Shown: positions 52,101 to 64,000 of the stretch, piece by piece
Layout: each line of letters starts with the position of its first letter
How positions within the stretch are numbered: position 1 is the first letter of the stretch
Source: Eledone cirrhosa
Taxonomy: Eukaryota
Reading direction: 5' to 3'
DNA length: 64,000 nucleotides
NCBI GenBank assembly: GCA_964016885.1
Contig: CAXHJY010000669.1
Coordinates: forward strand, 1-64,000
Made by a program: the position numbers and the translations under genes
Notes under the pieces: generated by a model
Told to the model about the DNA's origin: nothing
Databases searched by the model: none
Seen by the model: only the letters and a program-made list of their open reading frames with translations

Positions 52101-55100
52101 ATAGTAACTGTCATGATGTGACAATAGTAACTGTTATGATGTGACAATAGTAACTGTCATGATGTGACAATAGTAACTGTCATGATGTGACAATAGTAAC
52201 TGTCATGATTTGACAATAGTAACTGTTATAATGTGACAATAGTAACTGTCATGATTTGACAATAGTATCTGTCATGATGTGACAATAGTAAATGTCATGA
52301 TGTGACAATAGTAACTGTTATGATGTGACAATAGTAACTGTTATGATGTGACAATAGTAACTGTCATGATGTGACAATAGTGACTGTCATGATGTGACAA
52401 TAGTAACTGTCATGATGTGACAATAGTAACTGTCATGATGTGACAATAGTAACTGTCATGATGTGACAATTGTAACTGTCATGATGTGACAATAGTAAAT
52501 GTCATGATGTGACAATAGTAACTGTTATGATTTGACAATAGTAACTGTCATGATGTGACAATAGTAACTGTCATGATGTGACAATAGTAAGTGTCATGAT
52601 GTGACAATAGTAACTGTCATGATGTGACAATAGTATTTGTCATGATGTGACATTAGTAAATGTCATGATGTGACAATAGTAACTGTCATGATGTGACAAT
52701 AGTAACTTATGATGTGACAATAGTAATTGTCATGATGTGACAATAGTAACTGTCATGATGTGACAATAGTAACTGTCATTATGTGACAATAGTAACTGTC
52801 ATGATGTGACAATAGTAACTGTCATGATGTGACAATCGTAACTGTCATGATGTGACAATAGTAACTGTCATAATGTGACAATAGTAACTGTCATGATGTG
52901 ACAATAGTAACTGTTATGATGTGACAATAGTAAATGTCATGATGTGACAATAGTAACTGTTATGATGTGACAATAGTAACTGTCATGATGTGACAATAGT
53001 AACTGTCATGATGTGACAATAGTAACTGTTATGATGTGACAATAGTAAATGTCATGATGTGACAATAGTAACTGTCATGATGTGACAATAGTAACTGTCA
53101 TGATGTGACAATAGTAACTGTCATGATGTGACAATAGTAACTGTCATGATGTGACAATAGTAACTGTTACGATGTGACAGTATCTGTTATGATGTGACAA
53201 TAGTAACTGTCATGATGTGACAATAATAAATGTTATGATGTGACAATAGTAACTGTCATGATGTGACAATAGTATCTGTCATGATGTGACAATAGTAACT
53301 GTCATGATGTGACAATAGTAACTGTCATGATGTGACAATAGTAACTGTCATGATGTGACAATAGTAACTGTCATGATGTGACAATAGTAACTGTCATGAT
53401 GTGACAATAGTAACTGTCATGATGTGACAATAGTAACTGTCATGATGTGACAATAGTAACTGTCATGATGTGACAATAGGAACTGTTATAATGTGACAAT
53501 AGTAACTGTCATGATGTGACAATAGTATCTGTCATGATGTGACAATAGTAAATGTCATGATGTGACAATAGTAACCGTTATGATGTGACAATAGTAGCTG
53601 TTATGATGTGACAATAGTAACTGTCATGATGTGACAATAGTAACTGTCATGATGTGACAATAGTAACTGTCATGATGTGACAATAGTAACTGTCATGATG
53701 TGACAATAGTAACTGTCATGATGTGACAATAGTAACTGTTATGATGTGACAATAGTAAATGTCATGATGTGACAATAGTAACTTATGATTTGACAATAGT
53801 AACTGTCATGATGTGACAATAGTAACTGTCATGATGTGACAATAGTAAGTGTCATGATGTGACAATAGTAACTGTCATGATGTGACAATAGTATCTGTCA
53901 TGATGTGACAATAGTAAATGTCATGATGTGACAATAGTAACTGTCATGATGTGACAATAGTAACTTATGATGTGACAATAGTAATTGTCATGATGTGACA
54001 ATAGTAACTGTCATGATGTGACAATAGTAACTGTCATGATGTGACAATAGTAACTGTCATGATGTGACAATAGTAACTGTCATGATGTGACAATAGTAAC
54101 TGTCATGATGTGACAATAGTAACTGTCATGATGTGACAATAGTAACTGTCATGATGTGACAATAGTAACTGTTATGATGTGACAATAGTAAATGTCATGA
54201 TGTGACAATAGTAACTGTCATGATGTGACAATGGTAACTGTCATGATGTGACAATAGTAACTGTTATGATGTGACAATAGTAAATATCATGATGTGACAA
54301 TAGTAACTGTTATGATGCGACAATAGTAACTGTCATGATGTGACAATAGTAACTGTTATGATGTGACAATAGTAAATGGCATGATGTGACAATAGTAACT
54401 GTCATGATGTGACAATAGTAACTGTCATGATGTGACAATAGTAACTGTTATGATGTGACAATAGTAAATGTCATGATGTGACAATAGTAACTGTCATGAT
54501 GTGACAATAGTAACTGTCATGATGTGACAATAGTAACTGTCATGATGTGACAATAGTAACTGTCATGATGTGACAATAGTAACTGTTACGATGTGACAGT
54601 ATCTGTTATGATGTGACAATAGTAACTGTCATGATGTGACAATAATAAATGTTATGATGTGACAATAGTAACTGTCATGATGTGACAATAGTATCTGTCA
54701 TGATGTGACAATAGTAACTGTCATGATGTGACAATAGTAACTGTCATGATGTGACAATAGTAACTGTCATGATGTGACAATAGTAACTGTCATGATGTGA
54801 CAATAGTAACTGTCATGATGTGACAATAGTAACTGTCATGATGTGACAATAGTAACTGTCATGATGTGACAATAGTAACTGTCATGATGTGACAATAGTA
54901 ACTGTTATGATGTGACAATAGTAACTGTCATGATGTGACAATAGTAACTGTCATGATGTGACAATAGTAACTGTTAATATGTGACAATAGTAACTGTTAT
55001 AATGTGACAATAGTAACTGTCATGATGTGACAATAGTATCTGTCATGATGTGACAATAGTAAATGTCATGATGTGACAATAGTAACTGTTATGATGTGAC

Positions 55101-58100
55101 AATAGTAACTGTTATTATGTGACAATAGTAACTGTCATGATGTGACAATAGTAACTGTCATGATGTGACAATAGTAACTGTCATGATGTGACAATAGTAA
55201 CTGTCATGATGTGACAATAGTAACTGTCATGATGTGACAATAGTAACTGTTATGATGTGACAATAGTAAATGTCATGATGTGACAATAGTAACTGTTATG
55301 ATTTGACAATAGTAACTGTCATGATGTGACAATAGTAACTGTCATGATGTGACAATAGTAAGTGTCATGATGTGACAATAGTAACTGTCATGATGTGACA
55401 ATAGTATCTGTCATGATGTGACAATAGTAAATGTCATGATGTGACAATAGTAACTGTCATGATGTGACAATAGTAACTTATGATGTGACAATAGTAATTG
55501 TCATGATGTGACAATAGTAACTGTCATGATGTGACAATAGTAACTGTCATGATGTGACAATAGTAACTGTCATGATGTGACAATAGTAACTGTCATGATG
55601 TGACAATCGTAACTGTCATGATGTGACAATAGTAACTGCCATGATGTGACAATAGTAAATGTTATGATGTGACAATAGTAACTGTCATGATGTGACAATA
55701 GTAACTGTCATGATGTGACAATAGTAACTGTCATGATGTGACAATAGTAACTGTTATGTGACAATAGTAACTGTCATGATGTGACAATAGTAACTGTCAT
55801 GATGTGACAATAGTAACTGTCATGATGTGACAATAGTAAATGTCATGATGTGACAATAGTAAATGTCATGATGTGACAATAGTAACTGTTATGATGTAAC
55901 AATAGTAACTGTCATGATGTGACAATAGTAACTGTCATGATGTGACAATAGTAACTGTCATGATGTGACAATAGTAACTGTCATGATGTGACAATAGTAA
56001 CTGTCATGATGTGACAATAGTAACTGTCATGATGTGACAATAGTAACTGTCATGATGTGACAATAGTAACTGTCATGATGTGACAATCGTAACTGTCATG
56101 ATGTGACAATAGTAACTGTCATGATGTGACAATAGTAACTGTCATGATGTGACAATAGTAACTGTTATGATGTGACAATAGTAAATGTCATGATGTGACA
56201 ATAGTAACTGTCATGATGTGACAATATTAACTGTCATGATGTGACAATAGTAACTGTTATGATGTGACAATAGTAAATGTCATGATGTGACAATAGTAAC
56301 TGTTATGATGTGACAATAGTAACTGTCATGATGTGACAATAGTAACTGTTATGATGTGACAATAGTAAATGGCATGATGTGACAATAGTAACTGTCATGA
56401 TGTGACAATAGTAACTGTCATGATGTGACAATAGTAACTGTTATGATGTGACAATAGTAAATGTCATGATGTGACAATAGTAACTGTCATGATGTGACAA
56501 TAGTAACTGTCATGATATGACAATAGTAACTGTCATGATGTGACAATAGTAACTGTTACGATGTGACAGTATCTGTTATGATGTGACAATAGTAACTGTC
56601 ATGATGTGACAATAATAAATGTTATGATGTGACAATAGTAACTGTCATGATGTGACAATAGTATCTGTCATGATGTGATAATAGTAACTGTCATGATGTG
56701 ACAATAGTAACTGTCATGATGTGACAATAGTAACTGTCATGATGTGACAATAGTAACTGTCATGATGTGACAATAGTAACTGTCATGATGTGACAATAGT
56801 AACTGTCATGATGTGACAATAGTAACTGTTATGATGTGACAATAGTAACTGTCATGATGTGACAATAGTAACTGTTATGATGTGACAATAGTAACTGTCA
56901 TGATGTGACAATAGTAACTGTCATGATGTGACAATAGTAACTGTTAATATGTGACAATAGTAACTGTTATAATGTGACAATAGTAACTGTCATGATGTGA
57001 CAATAGTATCTGTCATGATGTGACAATAGTAACTGTTATTATGTGACAATAGTAACTGTCATGATGTGACAATAGTAACTGTCATGATGTGACAATAGTA
57101 ACTGTCATGATGTGACAATAGTAACTGTCATGATGTGACAATAGTAACTGTCATGATGTGACAATAGTAACTGTCATGATGTGACAATAGTAACTGTTAT
57201 GATGTGACAATAGTAAATGTCATGATGTGACAATAGTAACTGTTATGATTTGACAATAGTAACTGTCATGATGTGACAATAGTAACTGTCATGATGTGAC
57301 AATAGTAAGTGTCATGATGTGACAATAGTAACTGTCATGATGTGACAATAGTATCTGTCATGATGTGACAATAGTAAATGTCATGATGTGACAATAGTAA
57401 CTGTCATGATGTGACAATAGTAACTTATGATGTGACAATAGTAATTGTCATGATGTGACAATAGTAACTGTCATGATGTGACAATAGTAACTGTCATGAT
57501 GTGACAATAGTAACTGTCATGATGTGACAATAGTAACTGTCATGATGTGACAATCGTAACTGTCATGATGTGACAATAGTAACTGTCATGATGTGACAAT
57601 AGTAAATGTTATGATGTGACAATAGTAACTGTCATGATGTGACAATAGTAACTATCATGATGTGACAATAGTAACTGTCATGATGTGACAATAGAAACTG
57701 TCATGATGTGACAATAGTAACTGTCATGATGTGACAATAGTAACTGTCATGATGTGACAATAGTAACTGTCATGATGTGACAATAGTAACTGTTATGTGA
57801 CAATAGTAACTGTCATGATGTGACAATAGTAACTGTCATGATGTGACAATAGTAACTGTCATGATGTGACAATAGTAAATGTCATGATGTGACAATAGTA
57901 AATGTCATGATGTGACAATAGTAAATGTCATGATGTGACAATAGTAACTGTTATGATGTAACAATAGTAACTGTCATGATGTGACAATAGTAACTGTCAT
58001 GATGTGACAATAGTAACTGTCATGATGTGACAATAGTAACTGTCATGATGTGACAATAGTAACTGTCATGATGTGACAATAGTAACTGTCATGATGTGAC

Positions 58101-61100
58101 AATAGTAACTGTTATGATGTGACAATAGTAACTGTCATGATGTGACAATAGTATCTGTCATGATGTGACAATAGTAACTGTCATGATGTGACAATAGTAA
58201 CTGTCATGATGTGACAATAGTAACTGTCATGACGTGACAATAGTAACTGTCATGATGTGACAATAGTAACTGTCATGATGTGACAATAGTAACTGTCATG
58301 ATGTGACAATAGTAACTGTCATGATGTGACAATAGTAAATGTTATGATGTGACAATGGTAACTGTCATGATGTGACAATAGTAACTGTCATGATGTGACA
58401 ATAGTAACTGTTATGATGTGACAATAGTAACTGTTATGATGTGACAATAGTAACTGTCATGATGTGACAATAGTAACTGTCATGATGTGACAATAGTAAC
58501 TGTCATGATGTGACAATAGTAACTGTCATGATGTGACAAGAGTAACTGTCATGATGTGACAATAGTAACTGTCATGATGTGACAATAGTAACTGTCATGA
58601 TGTGAAAATAGTAAATGTCATGATGTGACAATAGTAACTGTCATGATGTGACAATAGTAACTGTCATGATGTGACAATAGTAACTGTCATGATGTGACAA
58701 TAGTAACTGTTATGATGTGACAATAGTAACTGTTATGATGTGACAATCGTAACTGTCATGATTTGACAATAGTAACTGTCATGATGTGACAATAGTAACT
58801 GTTATGATGTGACAATAGTAACTGTCATGATGTGACAATAGTAACTGTCATGATGTGACAATAGTAACTGTCATGATGTGACAATGGTAAATGTTATGAT
58901 GTGACAATAGTAACTGTCATGATGTGACAATAGTAACTGTTATGATGTGACAATAGTAACTGTCATGATGTGACAATAAACTGTTATGATGTGACAATAG
59001 TAACTGTCATGATGTGACAATAGTAAGTGTCATGATGTGACAATAGTAACTATCATGATGTGACAATAGTAACTATCATGATGTGACAATAGTAACTGTC
59101 ATGATGTGACAATAGTAACTGTCATGATGTGACAATAGTAACTGTCATGATGTGACAATAGTAAATGTCATGATGTGACAATAGTAACTGTCATGATGTG
59201 ACAATAGTAACTGTCAGGATGTGACAATGGTAAATGATATGATGTGACAATAGTAACTGTCATGATGTGACAATAGTAACTGTCATGATGTGACAATAGT
59301 AACTGTCATGATGTGACAATAGTAACTGTATAATGTGACAATAGTAACTGTCATGATGTGACAATAGTATCTGTCATGATGTGACAATAGTAAATGTCAT
59401 GATGTGACAATAGTAACTGTTATGATGTGACAATAGTAACTGTTATGCTGTGACAATAGTAACTGTTATGATGTGACAATAGTAACTGTCATGATGTGAC
59501 AATAGTAACTGTCATGATGTGACAATAGTAACTGTCATGATGTGACAATAGTAACTGTCATGATGTGACAATAGTAACTGTTATGATGTGACAATAGTAA
59601 ATGTCATGATGTGACAATAGTGACAATAGTAACTGTTATGATGTGACAATAGTAACTGTCATGATGTGACAATAGTAACTGTCATGATGTGACAATAGTA
59701 AGTGTCATGATGTGAAAATAGTAACTGTCATGATGTGACAATAGTAACTGTCATGATGTGACAATAGTATCTGTCATGATGTGACAATAGTAAATGTCAT
59801 GATGTGACAATAGTAACTGTCATGATGTGACAATAGTAACTTATGATGTGACAATAGTAATTGTCATGATGTGACAATAGTAACTGTCATGATGTGACAA
59901 TAGTAACTGTCATGATGTGACAATAGTAACTGTCATGATGTGACAATAGTAACTGTCATGATGTGACAATCGTAACTGTCATGATGTGACAATCGTAACT
60001 GTCATGATGTGACAATAGTAAATGTTCATGATGTGACAATAGTAACTGTCATGATGTGACAATAGTAACTGTCATGATGTGACAATAGTAACTGTCATGA
60101 TGTGACAATAGTAACTGTCATGATGTGACAATAGTATCTGTCATGATGTGACAATAGTAACTGTCATGATGTGACAATAGTAACTGTCATGATGTGACAA
60201 TAGTAACTGTCATGATGTGACAATAGTAACTGTCATGATGTGACAATAGTAACTGTCATGATGTGACAATAGTAACTGTCATGATGTGACAATAGTAACT
60301 GTCATGATGTGACAATAGTAAATGTTATGATGTGACAATAGTAACTGTCATGATGTGACAATAGTAACTGTCATGATGTGACAATAGTAACTGTTATGAT
60401 GTGACAATAGTAACTGTCATGATGTGACAATAGTAACTGTCATGATGTGACAATAGTAACTGTCATGATGTGACAATAGTAACTGTCATGATGTGACAAT
60501 AGTAACTGTCATGATGTGACAATAGTAAGTGTCATGATGTGACAATAGTAACTGTCATGATGTGACAATAGTAAATGTCATGATGTGACAATAGTAACTG
60601 TCATGATGTGACAATAGTAACTGTCATGATGTGACAATAGTAACTGTCATGATGTGACAATAGTAACTGTTATGATGTGACAATAGTAACTGTTATGATG
60701 TGACAATCGTAACTGTCATGATTTGACAATAGTAACTGTCATGATGTGACAATAGTAACTGTCATGATGTGACAATAGTAACTGTCATGATGTGACAATG
60801 GTAAATGTTATGATGTGACAATAGTAACTGTCATGATGTGACAATAGTAACTGTTATGATGTGACAATAGTAACTGTCATGATGTGACAATAACTGTTAT
60901 GATGTGACAATAGTAACTGTCATGATGTGACAATAGTAACTGTCATGATGTGACAATAGTAACTGTCATGATGTGACAATAGTAACTGTCATGATGTGAC
61001 AATAGTAACTGTCATGATGTGACAATAGTAACTGTCATGAATGTGACAATAGTAACTTCATGATGTGACAATAGTAACTGTCATGATGTGACAATAGTAA

Positions 61101-64000
61101 CTGTCATGATGTGACAATAGTAACTGTCATGATGTGACAATAGTAACTGTCATGATGTGACAATAGTAAATGTCATGATGTGACAATAGTAACTGTCATG
61201 ATGTGACAATAGTAACTGTCATGATGTGACAATGGTAAACTGTTATGATGTGACAATAGTAACTGTCATGATGTGACAATAGTAACTGTCATGATGTGAC
61301 AATAGTAACTGTCATGATGTGACAATAGTAACTGTCATGATGTGACAATAGTAACTGTCATGATGTGACAATAGTAAGTGTCATGATGTGACAATAGTAA
61401 CTGTCATGATGTGACAATAGTATCTGTCATGATGTGACAATAGTAAATGTCATGATGTGACAATAGTAACTGTCATGATGTGACAATAGTAACTGTATGA
61501 TGTGACAATAGTAATTGTCATGATGTGACAATAGTAACTGTCATGATGTGACAATAGTAACTGTCATGATGTGACAATAGTAACTGTCATGATGTGACAA
61601 TAGTAACTGTCATGATGTGACAATAGTAACTGTCATGATGTGACAATAGTAACTGTCATGATGTGACAATAGTAACTGTCATGATGTGACAATAGTAACT
61701 GTTATGATGTGACAATAGTAAATGTCATGATGTGACAATAGTAACTGTCATGATGTGACAATAGTAACTGTCATGATGTGACAATAGTAACTGTCATGAT
61801 GTGACAATAGTAAATGTCATGATGTGACAATAGTAACTGTTATGATGCGACAATAGTAACTGTCATGATGTGACAATAGTAACTGTTATGATGTGACAAT
61901 AGTAAATGTCATGATGTGACAATAGTAACTGTCATGATGTGACAATAGTAACTGTCATGATGTGACAATAGTAACTGTTATGATGTGACAATAGTAACTG
62001 TCATGATGTGACAATAGTAACTGTCATGATGTGACAATAGTAACTGTCATGATGTGACAATAGTAACTGTCATGATGTGACAATAGTAACTGTCATGATG
62101 TGACAATAGTAACTGTTACGATGTGACAAGTATCTGTCATGATGTGACAATAGTAACTGTCATGATGTGACAATAGTAAATATTATGATGTGACAATAGT
62201 AACTGTCATGATGTGACAATAGTAACTGTCATGATGTGACAATAGTAACTGTCATGATGTGACAATAGTAACTGTCATGATGTGACAATAGTAACTGTCA
62301 TGATGTGACAATAGTAACTGTTATGATGTGACAATAGTAACTGTCATGATGTGACAATAGTATCTGTCATGATGTGACAATAGTAAATGTCATGATGTGA
62401 CAATAGTAACTGTTATGATGTGACAATAGTAACTGTTATGCTGTGACAATAGTAACTGTTATGATGTGACAATAGTAACTGTCATGATGTGACAATAGTA
62501 ACTGTCATGATGTGACAATAGTAACTGTCATGATGTGACAATAGTAACTGTCATGATGTGACAATAGTAACTGTTATGATGTGACAATAGTAAATGTCAT
62601 GATGTGACAATAGTAACTGTTATGATGTGACAATAGTAACTGTCATGATGTGACAATAGTAACTGTCATGATGTGACAATAGTAACTGTCATGATGTGAC
62701 AATAGTAACTGTCATGATGTGACAATAGTAACTGTCATGATGTGACAATAGTATCTGTCATGATGTGACAATAGTAAATGTCATGATGTGACAATAGTAA
62801 CTGTCATGATGTGACAATAGTAACTTATGATGTGACAATAGTAACTGTCATGATGTGACAATAGTAACTGTCATGATGTGACAATAGTAACTGTCATGAT
62901 GTGACAATAGTAACTGTCATGATGTGACAATAGTAACTGTCATGATGTGACAATAGTAACTGTCATGATGTGACAATAGTAACTGTCATGATGTGACAAT
63001 AGTAAATGTTCATGATGTGACAATAGTAACTGTCATGATGTGACAATAGTAACTGTCATGATGTGACAATAGTAACTGTCATGATGTGACAATAGTAACT
63101 GTCATGATGTGACAATAGTAACTGTCATGATGTGACAATAGTAACTGTCATGATGTGACAATAGTAACTGTCATGATGTGACAATAGTAACTGTCATGAT
63201 GTGACAATAGTAACTGTCATGATGTGACAATAGTAACTGTCATGATGTGACAATAGTAACTGTCATGATGTGACAATAGTAACTGTCATGATGTGACAAT
63301 AGTAACTGTTATGATGTGACAATAGTAACTGTCATGATGTGACAATAGTAACTGTCATGATGTGACAATAGTAACTGTCATGATGTGACAATAGTAACTG
63401 TCATGATGTGACAATAGTAACTGTCATGATGTGACAATAGTAACTGTCATGATGTGACAATAGTAACTGTCATGATGTGACAATAGTAACTGTCATGATG
63501 TGACAATAGTAACTGTCATGATGTGACAATAGTAACTGTCATGATGTGACAATAGTAACTGTCATGATGTGACAATAGTAACTGTCATGATGTGACAATA
63601 GTAACTGTCATGATGTGACAATAGTAACTGTCATGATGTGACAATAGTAACTGTTCATGATGTGACAATAGTAACTGTCATGATGTGACAATAGTAACTG
63701 TCATGATGTGACAATAGTAACTGTCATGATGTGACAATAGTAACTGTCATGATGTGACAATAGTAACTGTCATGATGTGACAATAGTAACTGTCATGATG
63801 TGACAATAGTAACTGTCATGATGTGACAATAGTAACTGTCATGATGTGACAATAGTAACTGTCATGATGTGACAAGTAACTGTATGATGTGACAATAGTA
63901 ACTGTCATGATGTGACAATAGTAACTGTCATGATGTGACAATAGTAACTGTCATGATGTGACAATAGTAACTGTCATGATGTGACAATAGTAACTGTCAT
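40195..64000. repeat. 23-bp satellite DNA array (GTGACAATAGTAACTGTCATGAT)n, about 1,000 monomers, running off the window end
   Basis: Uninterrupted tandem monomers over about 23.8 kb with point variants and 20-22-bp deletion variants. Stop codons on both strands with a period not divisible by 3 leave no long ORF. Confidence 0.99.

Noticed and set aside
40195-64000. 23-bp palindromic repeat array as a CRISPR array
   Set aside because: No unique spacers, no cas genes, and a eukaryotic context. It is a plain tandem satellite.

Overview
AT-rich, repeat-dominated animal genomic DNA with no recognisable intact host gene. The SINE, LINE and microsatellite content resembles coleoid cephalopod (octopus-like) DNA; this is an inference from repeat recognition, not a database match. 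The first 40 kb is a mosaic of mobile elements, many sitting in (TA)n tracts: a Neptune-type Penelope-like RT remnant, two convergent copies of one RTE-clade LINE, a full-length but inactivated CsRn1-type Ty3/Gypsy LTR element, two CRE-like restriction-endonuclease remnants, clustered tRNA-derived SINEs, TTAA-flanked MITE-like repeats and a 23-bp minisatellite. From about 40.2 kb to the window end lies a 23-bp satellite (about 1,000 monomers) with internal dyad symmetry and recurring variant cassettes. Most notable: (1) six type-I hammerhead-ribozyme(-like) motifs from four sequence families, four of them as outward-facing pairs in two inverted-repeat elements (6360-8128 and 16294-16622), each beside the 5'-truncated end of an RTE LINE; (2) the spacer of the smaller palindrome appears copied from nearby DNA; (3) a run of candidate minus-strand micro-exons at 31.6-40.0 kb. 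All alignments and folds were made by eye.
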